Positions 25,616-38,379 of a stretch of DNA of 64,000 nucleotides are shown one piece after another. Both the position numbers and the translations under genes were made by a program. Source of the stretch: Lama glama (taxonomy: Eukaryota); contig CM052817.1 in NCBI GenBank assembly GCA_028534125.1, forward strand, positions 28,274,001 to 28,338,000, written 5' to 3'. How positions within the stretch are numbered: position 1 is the first letter of the stretch; every line of letters starts with the position of its first letter. The notes under the pieces are model-generated. The model worked only from the letters and a program-made list of their open reading frames with translations. It did not search any database and had not been told where the DNA came from.

Positions 25616-26819
25616 AACAATTCTGATTCAACTCGATCATAATAAATTTGTTTATGTAATTGTATCTCTTGCCATTCTAGGAGCATCCAGGTTTTACTCC
25701 TCTAAATGCCCAGCGCTTGCTGACATCTTAGCTGAGAGCAGGCATTCCTGCATTTATGGAGGGAACGCAAGGTGGCCTCTGGTGAGCAGGATGACGCAGC
25801 CTCAGTCTTCTGTGCTAAAGGGATGCAGGAGATGTGAAGGAGAAATTCCTCATGGCAGCCTTTGGGGGGCTTCCAGGAAGACCTGACGTCTAAGCTGGTC
25901 CTCCGCTCCACGAAAGGGAAAATACACATAGGATTCGGGGTGGGGCAGGAGGGCTTTACCGGAACGAGAGAGAAAAATGGCTGCTGGGAAATTTGAGGAG
26001 ACTGTGGTGACTGAAGCAGGCTTGCTAAAAGGGGAGAGACTATACAGTTAAGCAATAGGATCAAGGGTGGCCTTCCTTTTGTGAGCCTGAATGGGGAACA
26101 TCGGCTGTTTATCTACTTAGTGCAAAGGCCCTGGCTGTCAAAACAAAGCTCGATACGTCTGAAATGACTGATGGCTAATTGAATCAGGTGGGTGCTTCCC
26201 ACTCTAATTCTTTAGCACTTCACCAACCAAGTCACCATATGTGGCTCCCATGACAGATGCTAGCTGCCAGGAATGGTGAAATGTATCTCCAAGAAACAAT
26301 CGTTAGCGCTACAGTGCAGATTTGAAAGCCATTCTGTCGGCCTCCGAGGATAAAAAAGGAGTATCATGGTCTGATATTTTTGAATAGATGAATTCAGTTT
26401 ATATTTACATCTTACATCTCTCTCTACATACACAAATTAGCAGTTATAATATTCACATCTGGTGTTTATACAGTGCAGAGGGTCCCCCACCCCGCAGTTG
26501 TCACCCAGAAGCTCATTTGTGAATTTGTTATTTTCCCATAGAAGTAATGCTGTAAAGATACCTAGATCATCAGGCCGGTCTGCAGAAATTAATTGAAGCC
26601 TCATGTTCCTGAAGTTGTATAAGGAGGGCAATCTTTTAATTCTATGTCAATATTAAGCATCACTCTTCATGTGTGTCTGAGAAAATACACTGCAATGACA
26701 GGAACTTATTTCTTCCTGTATCACAGTAGAGGGGATAAAGGTATCAGCTTCTCAGCCTGAGCAAGTTCTTAATCCCCTGCTGTTTCCACCTGTCTACTGT
26801 GCACAGTGAAGCTTCTAGT

Positions 26820-27020
26820 CCAGTGGTGTTATACTCCAGGGTTCATGGCTTTGACACCAGAAAGTCTTGGGTTCAAATCCAACCTCTGCCAACGATTTGC
26901 AATGTCTCTTGATAAGTTAGTCAACTTGCTACCTCAGGTGCTTCATCTGTAAAATGGAGATAAATCTGCCTGCTTTACCCGTCTTTGTGAGCACGAAATG
27001 CCATTGGATGCACACAAAGC
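26820..27020 (+). mobile_element. MIR SINE
   Basis: ttgggttcaaatccaacctctgcca...cctcaggtgcttcatctgtaaaatggagata. Confidence 0.82.
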
Positions 27021-27089
27021 AGAGGCAGAATAGTATAGTGTTCTGTTAGTATTCTCAGTACAGAAGGCTTAGCTGTGCCACTTGGGTTC

Positions 27090-27482
27090 ACGTGTTTGAC
27101 CTAAATGCTTGTACCTGGGTTCAAGCATCTGCCCTGTCTGTTTGGCCTTGGGCTTGTAACTTACCCAGTGGCTTTCAGATTGTGCTGTATATTAGAATCA
27201 TCTGGGAAGATTAAACAATTCCTGCTTCATAAACCCCACCCCACTTCAGTTAAATAAAAAATTCACCAGATAAGACTCAGATTTCAGCGTTTTTAATCTC
27301 TCTTCCCTCAGGGGATTCTAGGGTACTTCCAGGTGTAGCTTCTGTTCTTCATCCGTACAGTGGGGGGTTTATAGTTTCTATCTCTCAGTGGAGTTAGAGG
27401 ATCGGAAAAAATAATGCAGGTGAAGCACTGAGCACAGTGCCCGGCACATATTAAATACCTGATAGAGTTTTAGTCTTATTCT
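27090..27482 (+). mobile_element. MIR SINE interrupted by MER5
   Basis: acctgggttcaag...ggccttgggc...acttacc, then the insert, then tctgttcttcatccgtacagtggg...aagcactgagcacagtgcccggcacata. Confidence 0.7.
27166..27333. mobile_element. MER5A-like MITE nested in MIR
   Basis: cagtggctttcagattgtgctgtatattagaatcatctggg...cagcgtttttaa...cctcaggggattcta. Confidence 0.7.
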
Positions 27483-27872
27483 ATAAAGTGACGGTGACTG
27501 TGAAATCGATCAACACATCTGGGCGTTTCAGAAAACTGAGTGACTGTATACTGTTCCAGTTTTCCCCTGAACTTTGTGTTCTCTGTGCCCTGGGTCTTTG
27601 GTCATAGTTTTCCTATTGAATAAAACTGTAGTCTGTGGGAAAAGGATGAACACCTTGGGTTCCAAAACTAGATCTTCCCCTAAATGGCCTTGTAATTTTG
27701 GCCAAAGTTTTAAATCTGTGCCAGTTTTCTCTGTGTTTCCCATAGAATCTAGCTCACTAGTGCATGCATGCTTGAAAGGAAAGAAAGGCATTGCCAGGCT
27801 CAGGGAGACAGGACAAATACATATCCAGGACCCTGTGACCCTCTCGGTCTTTTCTGGCAATAATTGCTGTTG

Positions 27873-28297
27873 TTTGGGATAGAATGAATGTATTTGCCAG
27901 TGATAAAGACATGGATTTGGGGGGCCAGGGGTGGAATGCTATAAACTGAATGTTTGTGTCCTGCCCCCAAATTCATATGTTGACATCCTCACCTTCAATG
28001 TCTTAGGAGGTGAGACCTTTAGGAGGTAATTAGGTCATGAAAGTGTAGCCCTCATAAATGGGGTTGATGCCTTTGTAAGAGATAGTATAAGTTGCTTGTT
28101 CTCTCTCTCCTCCACGTGAGGCCTCGGGGAGAAGATGGCCATTTGTGAACCTGGAAGCAGGTCTTCACTAGACATCGAATCTGCTGGTGACTTGATCATC
28201 AATTTCTCAACTTCGAGACAGAGAAATAAATTTTTGTTGTTTATAAGTTACTCAGTCTTATGGTACTTTGTTATAACAGCCCAAACTGACTAAGACA
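27873..28297 (+). mobile_element. MLT1A-type 3' LTR (27937-28297) with adjoining MaLR internal end and PPT
   Basis: gacatggatttggggggccaggggtggaa (PPT) | tgctataaactgaatgtttgtgtc...caaattcatatgttga...aactgactaagaca. Confidence 0.88.
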
Positions 28298-28982
28298 ACT
28301 GTTAATTTCTTTCCTAATTATTTTTTAATCAGACACCTCCCCAGCCTTTTTATTATCTTTTCTACTATGAAATATCTCTACTAAAGAGAAATCACTGAGA
28401 CAGTCTTCCTAAGAGCCTTTTCCCTTAGGGCATGTTTGAAATAAAACGTTGACATGTGTTCATAACCCATTTGTCTGAAAAGTTGCTTTAACATATTCTT
28501 TATCACTGTATCCAGGTGGTTCCACTGGCGGCCAACTTGCCCCATTCCACAAGATTGACAGCAAAGTCAGAGATTCAATGTGGGTATTGGTCCAGCCTCT
28601 CATCAGCATTTAATCTAGGAGAGGTTTAATGGGGTTTTCCAAGTTACATGCTTTCCAGTTAATTAACTTTGTTGAAGCCCAGATTTATTAGACAGACGTT
28701 ATTGAGAATTAAGTGTTTTCTTCTTAGGCTTCAGTGGCAGGAGGGGCACTGAGACTTCTGCCACAAAAACCCTCAGTTATTAATGATTACAAAAGTCACA
28801 ATCGTCCCTGTGTGAATCTTTCCCCGGACACTTTCATTTAGAATCTCAGCCCAGGCAAAAGGTGAGGAAATTAAATGTGCAGAGAAGTAGGAAATAGAAG
28901 CCAAAAGCTCAAGATGTTGGCTGATTCATGGACGCTGGAAAACTAATTATCTTGCCTCCCCATCCCATTATCACTTTCCTCC

Positions 28983-29290
28983 TTCCTTCATTCAACAAGT
29001 ATTTGTTAAATACATACTGCATACTTGATGATGAGCACTGCACCCTAATGCCTCAGTGACTGAGGTGGGTCTGGTCCTGCCGCCACGTAGCATTCTGCCT
29101 GGTGGGAAGACAGACACGTAACAAGTAATTACAATGACAAAATATAACTGACGGAACCCAACCTGATCTGGGGTTTCCTGTCAAGTCTGCTTGAGAAAGT
29201 GCTGTGTAAGCAAATTCGTGATGATTGAGCAGGAGATAAGTGGGTTGCATGTGAGGAGGGAAGCGTTCTGGTCATGCAAGAGGCCCAGAA
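28983..29290 (-). mobile_element. L2 3' end
   Basis: ttcattcaacaagtatttgttaaatacatact...ggtcctgccgccacgtagcattc...acagacacgtaacaagtaattacaat. Confidence 0.75.
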
Positions 29291-30096
29291 AGGCAGCTCT
29301 CAAATGTGACAGCCCAGAGGAGGGAAAACAAATTACAGAGCTGTAAAACAGCAAAGAGCCACCTGTGCACCTCAGTCTTGATCTTGAAAAGATGGGGTCA
29401 CCCAGATACAGATTTTCTGTACATGACCTGCTTTGAAACTCTGAACTAGAGAGTAGGTGTCTGGATCAAGGCATTGTTCCCTGAACAGTATTTAAATACA
29501 CTGTCTTCAGACAGAACTGTCTTTGGCTGTAATTTACTACATTGGGAAGAGTATTTTATGTCTAAAGCTGCACATGCACGGGCTGAAGAAGAAGGGATAG
29601 CTCAGGGCGCACCCAAATGAACAGCTGCATTCAAGGGTTAAACTGTATGGGGTTTGAAGAAGTAAGAGTTACCAATAGTTTTGTTCTTATTTGGGAAATG
29701 TCTTAAGATACATAAAATACATAAAATGTTGAAATGTCACCTACCACTACCCAGAATTGATAATCATTAATATGTTGTCATATTTGACATCTTCTTTAAA
29801 ATGAAAGAAATTAGATGTTACAAAGCTGATGTTGAATATGCAATCTGTAGCTGAGGAAATACAGCAGGCTAAGGATCAAAGAGTTAAGGTCGAAAAAATT
29901 GAGGGTGGAGTTCCTGGCATTGGAGACCAAATGTCCATGTGAGGTAAGGAAAGGAAGAAGAATGATTACAGGAAGTGAAGTGAACGCTAATGAGCTAGAT
30001 CAGGAGTCACAACTTCAAATGTTCAGAAGACAGAAAGTTCAAGCAGATAAGTGAAGCTGGCTTAATGTAAAGTGATGGGAGGATGAGAGTGATGGC

Positions 30097-31341
30097 AGAA
30101 GAGAACATAGGGAAAACATTCTTTAATATAAATTGCAGCAATGTTCTCCTAGGGCAGTATATCTAGGCAATAGAAATTAAAGCAAAAATCAACACATGGG
30201 ACCTAGTTAAACTTATAAGCTTTTGCACAGCAAGGGAAACAATAAATAAAACAGAAAAACAACCTACAGAAATGGGAGAAAATATCTGCAAATGATGCAA
30301 TTGACAAGACTTTATTTCCAGAATATATAAACAGCTCATACAACTCAGTAACAAAAAACAAACAGCACAATCCAAAAGTGAGCAGAAGACCTAAACAAAT
30401 ATTTCTTCAATGAAGACATACAAATGGCCAAAAGGCACATGAAAAGATGCTCAATATTGCTAATTATCAGAGAAATGTAAATAAAAACATCAATGAGGTA
30501 TCACCTCACATCAGTCAGAGTGGCCATCATTAAAAAGTCCATAAAGGATAAATGCTGGAAAGGGTGTGGAGAAAAGGGAACCCTCCTACACTGTTGCTGG
30601 GAATGTAGTTTGGTGCAGCCATTATGGAAAACAGTATGGAGATTACCTAAAAAACTGAAAATAGACTTACAAAATGAACCAGCAATCCCATTCCTGGGCA
30701 TATATCCTGGGGGAACGCTAATTTGAAAAGATACATGCACTCCAATATTCATAACAGCACTATTTACAACAGCCAAGACATGGAAACAACCTAAATGTCC
30801 ATCAACAGGTGATTGGATAAAGAAGCTGTGGTATATGGATACATTGGAATACTACAGAGCCACAACAAAAGAATAGAATAATGCCACTTGCAGCAACATG
30901 GATGGGCCTGGAGATCATCATACTAAGTGAAGTAAGCCAGAAAGAGAAAGAAAAATACCATATGATATCACGTATATGTGGAATCTAAAAAAAAGACACA
31001 AATAAACTTATTTACAAAACAGAAACAGACTCACAGACATAGTGAACAAGCTAATGGTTACCAGAGAGGAGAGGGGAGAGTAGAGGGATAAACTGAGAGT
31101 TTGGGATTTGCAGATACTAACTACTATATGTAAAACAGATAAATAACAAAGTCCTACTGTAGAGCACAGGCGACTAAACCCAATACTTTGCAATAGCCTA
31201 TAATAAAAAAGAATATGAAAAGAAGATATATCTATATATCTGAATCACCACACTGTACACTAGAAATTAACACAACATTGGAAACCCACTATACTTCAAT
31301 AAAAAAATACATAAATAAAAAATAAAACATGTTAAAAAAAA
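30097..31341 (+). mobile_element. Lineage-specific L1, 5'-truncated (~1.25 kb)
   Basis: ORF2 3' region (agaagagaacataggg...atgggacctagttaaacttataagc), 3' UTR, aataaa and an A-rich tail. Confidence 0.93.
30493..30726 (+). pseudogene. L1 ORF2p C-terminal cysteine-rich (zinc-knuckle) remnant
   Basis: [15 protein letters not shown]...[31 protein letters not shown]. Confidence 0.9.
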
Positions 31342-31619
31342 GAGGTTCACAGTCCCAGAATGTTACCCTAGAAGGGATGCTGAACAGTTTCTCATTGATA
31401 GTATTTAAGCTAACCAGAGCCATTAGTCTACTAGGCACTTGGGAAGATGTCCTCCCCAAAAAGGAGATGGGGGGTGGGGAGAGGAGAGGAGAGGAAGGCA
31501 GAAGAGGAGACAGAATAGTCTAGAACAAAGGTGAAAGGGATCCCAAGGCAAAGCTCCTTAACCTAAAATAAGGGACTTTACACAAAAAAGATCACTAGAT
31601 GTTTTGCCAAAGTGAGCTG

Positions 31620-31812
31620 GCTGGTATTCGGGCCCTGCGACTACCTAGACGTTCTTCTTGGGCTAGTTGTTTAAGCTCCCTGTGCCTCAGTTTTCTTATG
31701 CCTAAAATGGCATAATAAACATCTCATGGATTCAACACAAAAATTCATTATGATCACATGGATGAAACAGCTCTAAACGCCCTAAAGTGCTGTAAAGAAC
31801 TCAGTATCATCT
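31620..31812 (+). mobile_element. MIR (MIRc/MIR3-like)
   Basis: cttgggctagttgtttaagctccctgtgcctcagttttcttatgcctaaaatgg...taaagtgctgtaaa. Confidence 0.7.
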
Positions 31813-32923
31813 TACTCTTCTCGACATAAACATCATCTCAACATACAGGATCTTGGGGGCTAGGCCCAGAAGCTGGCCCAGGCTTATCCCTAACCCTAAC
31901 CCAACTTCAGGAAAATGATTTTTGTTAGGACATCCTGATGTGGCACTTTCTGAGTGTATACACAGCACTTTGTTTTGTGTTTCCAAGGACATCTTTCATA
32001 ACCATAGCCAAAAGGGTATGTGTACAGTCACCATAAGGCCATACATTCAGACCCTCTGTGGTCTAGAACTTGAAAATGGAATATTGGGATTAACGAAGAC
32101 TCTGCTAGGGGACTAGGCTGATGATATATTTTTCTTCAACATTTATAATTGAATTAATTCCCAGAAGAACTCAGATGTTTAGTATAAAGAATTACCCATG
32201 CTGTTAGAGTAGCATTCAAACTGAAGTGTGGCAGTTGTGAATTTTTTTCCCCTAGAATTAAACTGTCTGCCTGCTCTGTCACCTGGGTGCTTCTGCATTA
32301 TGCTTCACTCTCATCATAATCATTTGTGCCAGCCTAAAATTCCTTTTTCTCCACCTGTCAGGGAGCCTCAATTTCTACATTTACAGATTCATTCCTCAGG
32401 AATCTTCAGTTAGAATGTACTTTTTTTTTTTGCAAATGAAGGAGAGTACTATATCAAGGCCCTAAAAATTGTTAAAACCTTGGTCTGAATTTGTTCATCA
32501 TGTACATTAAATTATTTGGCAACTGACTATGTACAAAGGGCTTATTAATTTTTTCCATTCTAAATCTAAGAGAAGACTCAACAAAAGAAGGTGATAAGGA
32601 TATCAAAATACAGATATGTTCAAGAAGTAGAGGCATCAGTACCTCTGATGGTAGGACAAAGAGTTTGTGAAGCAGAGTTTTACATGTAACTTTGCAAAAA
32701 GATGCAACAGTAGGGTGAACACGACGTTTCATAGTGAGGTCCCAGAACATGAAGGGCATCATTTGTAAGAGAAATGAAGAGAAATTTGCTCTCAGTCTCT
32801 TGATTTTATTACTTATTTGTAGAATGCACAGTTGTTCAGAAAGTAGGGAAAACAAATTTTATCAACCAGGTTCTTTGGAGAGAGTTTTTGTATGCTGTTA
32901 TTTTTTTTCTTTTCTTCCAGCTT

Positions 32924-33950
32924 TGTGAAGAGGGCTTCCCTGGACCACACTTAGAGATACTGAAATGTGTTCCCTATATCAGGGAAATAAAAATGGCTGA
33001 TGTCTGATTCTTGCTTGAGGACGGTAAAATGGCCCAAGACAGCAGAGTATAGATTACTATGCACTTCATGGATTTATAAGGGCAAAGTGAGAGAGCTAGC
33101 TGGGGGATGTTTAGTTCTATACCAAGAGATCTTCTGCTTATGGGCAAGTGGACCTCAAGAGTAATGTCCCTATGAGATAGAAACTCTGGGAAACCAGAGC
33201 TTAAGAGGAGATGTCTATGCTATTTAAAGGGAAGCATGCATTTCTGATGTTAAGGACTGCAATGGAAGTTCTCATGGGGTTTTCCCAGGATCTCACAAAG
33301 GTGTCCAGGAGAGAGTGTAACCAAGCAAGACGCTACTGCCATCATTTGTGACCATCTGATATCTGTAATGATGTTTGTAACTGCTTAACTATATGATGGT
33401 TTAAAGGGTTTTTCTCATGCTCTTGCTGACCGGGGTTGGACTGGAGAGGAGGGAGGCTTGGGTGGTCGGCCCAACCCCACCGTGGTGTTGTATGCAGGGT
33501 TCACGCTTCGTGCCCTGCTCTCGCCCCTAGTGCCCTGCTCTTGACCCCTTGTGGGTTCCTTGCGTCCTGTTTGTGGAGCTGCCGGCCTCCACCTACAGCA
33601 GGAGGTCCCAGGCCTCAGCCTGCTAGAAGCATTTATCAACCTGACTTTAAACTGTGTAAGTTTTTCTCTAGAGCTCTTTCCCACGGAGCCCCTTCCTATG
33701 CATCCTTTGTTCTAGGTACAAGAATATTAAGAGAGTTCCAAAGCCAAAGATGAACTTCATACCCAGCAGAAGGAAGGGGACTACTGCATCTGCAAAAACA
33801 AGAACAACTTTGCAACAATTTGTTACCCTGTGTACAATCCCCATGGCAACTAGCTCCATCCCTTGAACTCATGAACTTTTACTATAAAACCTCCTGCCTT
33901 CTCTCTCCAGCAGCGTCACAGTCTTAGAGGCAGTGGAGGTCACAGTCTTG
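32924..33950 (+). mobile_element. ERV (class I-like) LTR, long U3, apparently 3'-truncated
   Basis: Starts TG (tgtgaagaggg); GC/CpG-rich U3; TATAAAA at 33883 followed by R-like cacagtcttagaggca; no clear poly(A) signal or U5 end. Confidence 0.55.
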
Positions 33951-33989
33951 GGTCTTGCTTGTGTAACATCAATTGTATAAAAGCAGTGA

Positions 33990-34965
33990 GATGCCCAGAC
34001 GTCTGTCCACAGACAGTTTTCCTCTTCACCCTGGTGGAGAGGGAAATGTCACCTGTGAAGAGTAAAAACTCGTCTCTGGGTTCCAGTCCCAAGCAGAGTT
34101 GAGGCAAGGATGTGAAGACAGTATGGCCATGTGAAAGTCTGAATACTGAATTGGGAGGTCTCTGCCCCTTTACCCATTTGGCTCACAGAATTCTGGCCGC
34201 AGTCCTGGGAGGAGACAGAGATTTCTCTCTGGAGAAATGGGCAGGCTGACAGAAAAGAGAACCGATATTCTGACAATAGCACTGAGGTACGATTTTTAAT
34301 GAAGCCCGACGCTTAGCTCTCTGACTTTCCACTCTGCATACACACAACTTCCAGTGAGCTTTTCCCTGTTTATTCTTAAATGGGAACAGAAATCCATGCA
34401 TCAATCAAGAAAATCTCTATCGTGAAAGACAAAGACCAGAGTGAATAGGAGAAAACAGAGACAATGCAGGGGAAAAACAGAAAGCTGAAAGAAAAAAAAG
34501 GGAACATAATGAATACTTTTAGAAAAATAAATAGAGATATTTCAATATTGAAACCAGAAAAGGAGAATAAAATAAAGAATCAGGGAGCAAGGAAAAGATC
34601 ATGGAAGTTAAAAGTCATCATGATTTCAGAAATGAGAATTTAATAGAGGGCTTAGAAAATAAAGTTGAAAAAAATCACCCGAAGGAAAACAAAAAGGAAA
34701 AGAAGAGAGAAAGGAGTTTCCAGAGAAAAATAAGAGGAGTTCCAGAAAGAAGGAGAGATAAAACCAAGGGAGAAGACTATCAAAGAAATGGTTCAAGGCA
34801 ATTCTCAGGGTTGAAGGAAGATGTGAAAATTCAGATTGGAAAGATACACTGATGGCTGAGCATGATGACGAACCAAACATACACAAAGTAATACTGTTGT
34901 GAAACTTCAGAATAGCATATTGGATAAAGAGTAAATTTTAAAAGCTGTCTAAAAGGAATAAAATA
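33990..34965 (+). mobile_element. HAL1-like ancient LINE (5' UTR + ORF1 remnant)
   Basis: A-rich ORF1-like remnant (atagagggcttagaaaataaagttgaaaaaaatc...ataagaggagttccagaaaga); 5' part homologous to the minus strand of 39300-39560. Confidence 0.7.
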
Positions 34966-35553
34966 CATAAGTATGTTTTCTTTCCTTAGGAAACAATAGG
35001 AATGCACTTTCCAGTAAAATAGAGGAGAAAGCTAAGGCGGGGCTAGGAATTGGAAAGAGGCGAAAGGAATTCCCAGGCGGGTGGGGGCCAGAATTCCCAA
35101 TAGTCACCCTCCACACACAGCCCATCTTTTCCTCACTCTGGCAACAGAATCACAACTGCAATAGTTAAAAATGTCTACTTAGTTCTTGTGATCTATCTAC
35201 AAGTATCTAGAGGATAATTTTTCATTGGAATTTTATAAAAATTCTCAAAAAAACACACATTTTACTTTACTAAGTGAAAACTCTCTTGTTTATAGTTATG
35301 TAAACATAACTATACACTTGTGAAAGTATGATTTATTCGTAGTCAAGAATAACTTTTCTCTCTTGTCCTACTTTGTTCTTTCTTGTTCTTTTTTTTTTTT
35401 TCCTGTTCTGAGAATCGTGTAGACTACATCTTAGGTAATCAGTTCTGCCATGTTTTTCTCTGCTTTGTTAGGGCGCTAAATTTTTACTTCTGCTCTCTTA
35501 GCTGTCAAGTTCAGTTTCCTTATGGGAAACCTCAGTTTATAATGACTCTCCTA

Positions 35554-35597
35554 TTTAGTTAGTAAGTAAGTAAGTAAATAAATAAATAAATAAATAA
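35554..35597. repeat. (TAAG)n/(TAAA)n microsatellite
   Basis: agtaagtaagtaagtaaataaataaataaataaata. Confidence 0.9.
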
Positions 35598-38379
35598 GAG
35601 AGCAGGAGATGGCCTGGAAGTTTCTATATTTATCCCCCACCTCCCACATCCTGTGGTAGCACCCACCACATTTTGCATCCACCTTTCTCTGGGATATACT
35701 TACTTCAATTTGTGTATGGCTAAGCTGTTACTGTTTTCTACTTAGACTTCCTAAAGACTTAATGCCTGGGGGAAGGTAAGGTTGTGCATAAATATTCATA
35801 TTCTATAATGGGTTTTCTCATTAAATTATAGAACTAAAATATAAAATGCATTTAGTGGTTAGTGTCTACATAGGGCTTTCAATTCAATAGCTGATAAACA
35901 GCTACCAATGTATCTAGCACTATTCTGAAACTGTGATAGTTTCAAAAATAAGTAAAACATAGTTCCTGACTTAGCAAATTCCTTTGGGAGACCAAATTAT
36001 ACAAACATGAAACAGAATACAAGATACCAGTTTTTTTTGATTGAGCAGCTCAATATGTAGTACAGACCATGGATGACTTGGGACACAGGAGACAAATGTC
36101 TGTTTCTACAAAGGAATAATGGCCGTGCCCTGTTACAAAATGATATTGATTCTGGCCGGCAGGAAAGCTCACAGATGGGGAGTCAGCCAGCAGTTGAACT
36201 CATGCAGAGAACCATATGTCAAAACTAGACCTTTTGTGAATAATGCAGTCTGTCTGCAGTAAAGCCTTTGTTACAGACAAATATTTTAAGATAATCCCAG
36301 GGTTCAAAAGTCATCTTAACTCTTAGTGGACGTGCACAAAAAGTAGACAAAAATGAACTTCGAGTATCCAGTAATATTGGACCAGTATTCACCACTCTGC
36401 CATATGAAATATGATTGGAAACTCCTAGTTTCCACAAAATAAACTAAGATGACAAATCTCCCTATAATATGGGATTCCTTTGCTTTCCTTTTTTTTTCCT
36501 TCCGGTAGAACATATTCTGACGGGAAGAATGGTCCTCACAATAATAAGGAGATCTTATTTTTTTCCGTAAGCCCTTGCTAAATGTCAGCTTACGTCTAGG
36601 GTATAAAAACGATAAAGAAGAGGAAGAAGTTATTCCATGAGATGGAAACATTCGTTTTAAGAGACCTGAGCCTTTAAAAATGTACCTGGAAGATGTTTGG
36701 AAAGCTTTAACAACCATTAAGACTCTTGTCTGCCTTCAGGGGAAATATTGTAGATTTTCATTCATGTTTAAAAATAAATGCAGACATTTAACTGACACTG
36801 CCCAAAGTTAACTTTGATTTCAGCACTTCACATGAACAAGGTAAGGTTAAGTCATGCAACTGGTGAGTTTCCTAAATTCTCCAAAGTGCATTTCAGAGTA
36901 TACGTATTGCAAGCTCAGGCATCTCACCAATGGCTAATAGGTTCTATTAGATTTTGTGGGCTCTGGTCGGGCTGCCAGTGATACTTCTTACTTACTGTCT
37001 TAGCTTCTTCCTGAACTAGGAATATGCATAAGAGAAAATGTCTAATATCAGGAAATGAGTAACAAGTACCAATTTGCATAGATATAGCAAGTTCTCATTT
37101 TCCTCCTGGTTCTTCTGCACAGATTTCTTGAAACATTTCTTAAAGTGGAAGAAAAATCTCATTTTTTTCTTATACTATTTTTGTGAGACCCATATATGAA
37201 CCACAGGAATTTTCCATTGTCAAAGTCAAATTTCAGCCTAGCCTACAAAGTGACTTAAATTTGGCTTAAATGCTACCCATCCTGGGCATGTGGACCATTC
37301 AGTATTAAGTCAGATGACCTCAGAGGCCCCCTTGGAGGCAGCATAATAGTCCAGTTGGAAGTGTCTTCAAAAAGTGTTTTAAGACAGTGACACCTGGAAA
37401 TCCTTAATTTCCATTTCACATCTTTAATTTCTTTATGTTCAAAATCAATCACATTTAAAAGAATCCCCAGTGATACATTTAATTATTTAAAGGAATGTGA
37501 AGAATGTAAGGTGCGATAGAGATGTAGACACTGGAAAACACTAAGATGAATTTGAATTCCTTTGTATTTTGTATTGTAGTTAAGACCACATTCTGATACC
37601 TTATGGGAATAGGTTCTAGTGCAATTGCAAAAGGGATAACTTGAATAAGAATGAATTGTTCAGGGACCCTGGATGATTTTTCTTGATCTGCACAATCAAT
37701 GCAAAAGCACCAGCCAACTCAAGAGCATTTCCTCCTGCGCGGAGCTGGCGTGAGGTGTTCTCAAAGCATATGGTCAAGAGGTACGTGTCCAGAGTGGAGC
37801 AGTGACCCAGATAGCTCCAGGCTCCTGAAAGCTCAGAACAAATCTACCACCAGACACCCAGCTCACGCAAGTGGTTTAAAAAACACTTTGAAAAAAGTCA
37901 CAGGCTGTTTCCCAGAAGAGCCCTCAGCAGTTTGATTCATGTCAGCATTTAAGTAAAGTGACAAATGCGAGTCTTAAATGGAGAAGTGTCTGAATACGCA
38001 CAGTTTGGTTAGAAAAAAAAAACTTTGTTATAGAAAGTGGTTAAATAGAACTTTTTCACTCATTCATTACACAATTTTGTAAATTTTGCCTTTCACAGAA
38101 AAAAGCTGTCTTTCACAATGACAATAAAGGGGGAGGAGTGACGTTTTCCACCTCACAGTCTATGCTGCTGAGACTTTTTAAGAAAGAAGAGGAGCTTGAT
38201 TTTTGACATGCAACTGAGAATTACTAACATGCAAATGAAATAGTTAGGGTATGACAGATTAAAGTAATGTTGAGATCTAAGATGTACGATGCTCCCCAAC
38301 GAGTCTATAAAATATCAGTTCTTATAATTTCCTATTTGGTTAAAACTGTTGTATAATTGATTGCTTATTTCTGAAGAAA

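Noticed and set aside
31888..31902. Telomere-like ccctaaccctaaccc
   Set aside because: Only 2.5 units; too short to call an interstitial telomeric site.
34601..34852. Lys/Glu-rich 83-aa ORF
   Set aside because: Decayed HAL1/L1 ORF1 coiled-coil remnant, not a host gene.
36316..36717. 133-aa minus-strand ORF and a TATA-like gggtataaaaa at ~36599
   Set aside because: No recognisable protein, no supporting splice structure or downstream gene; expected by chance in AT-rich DNA.
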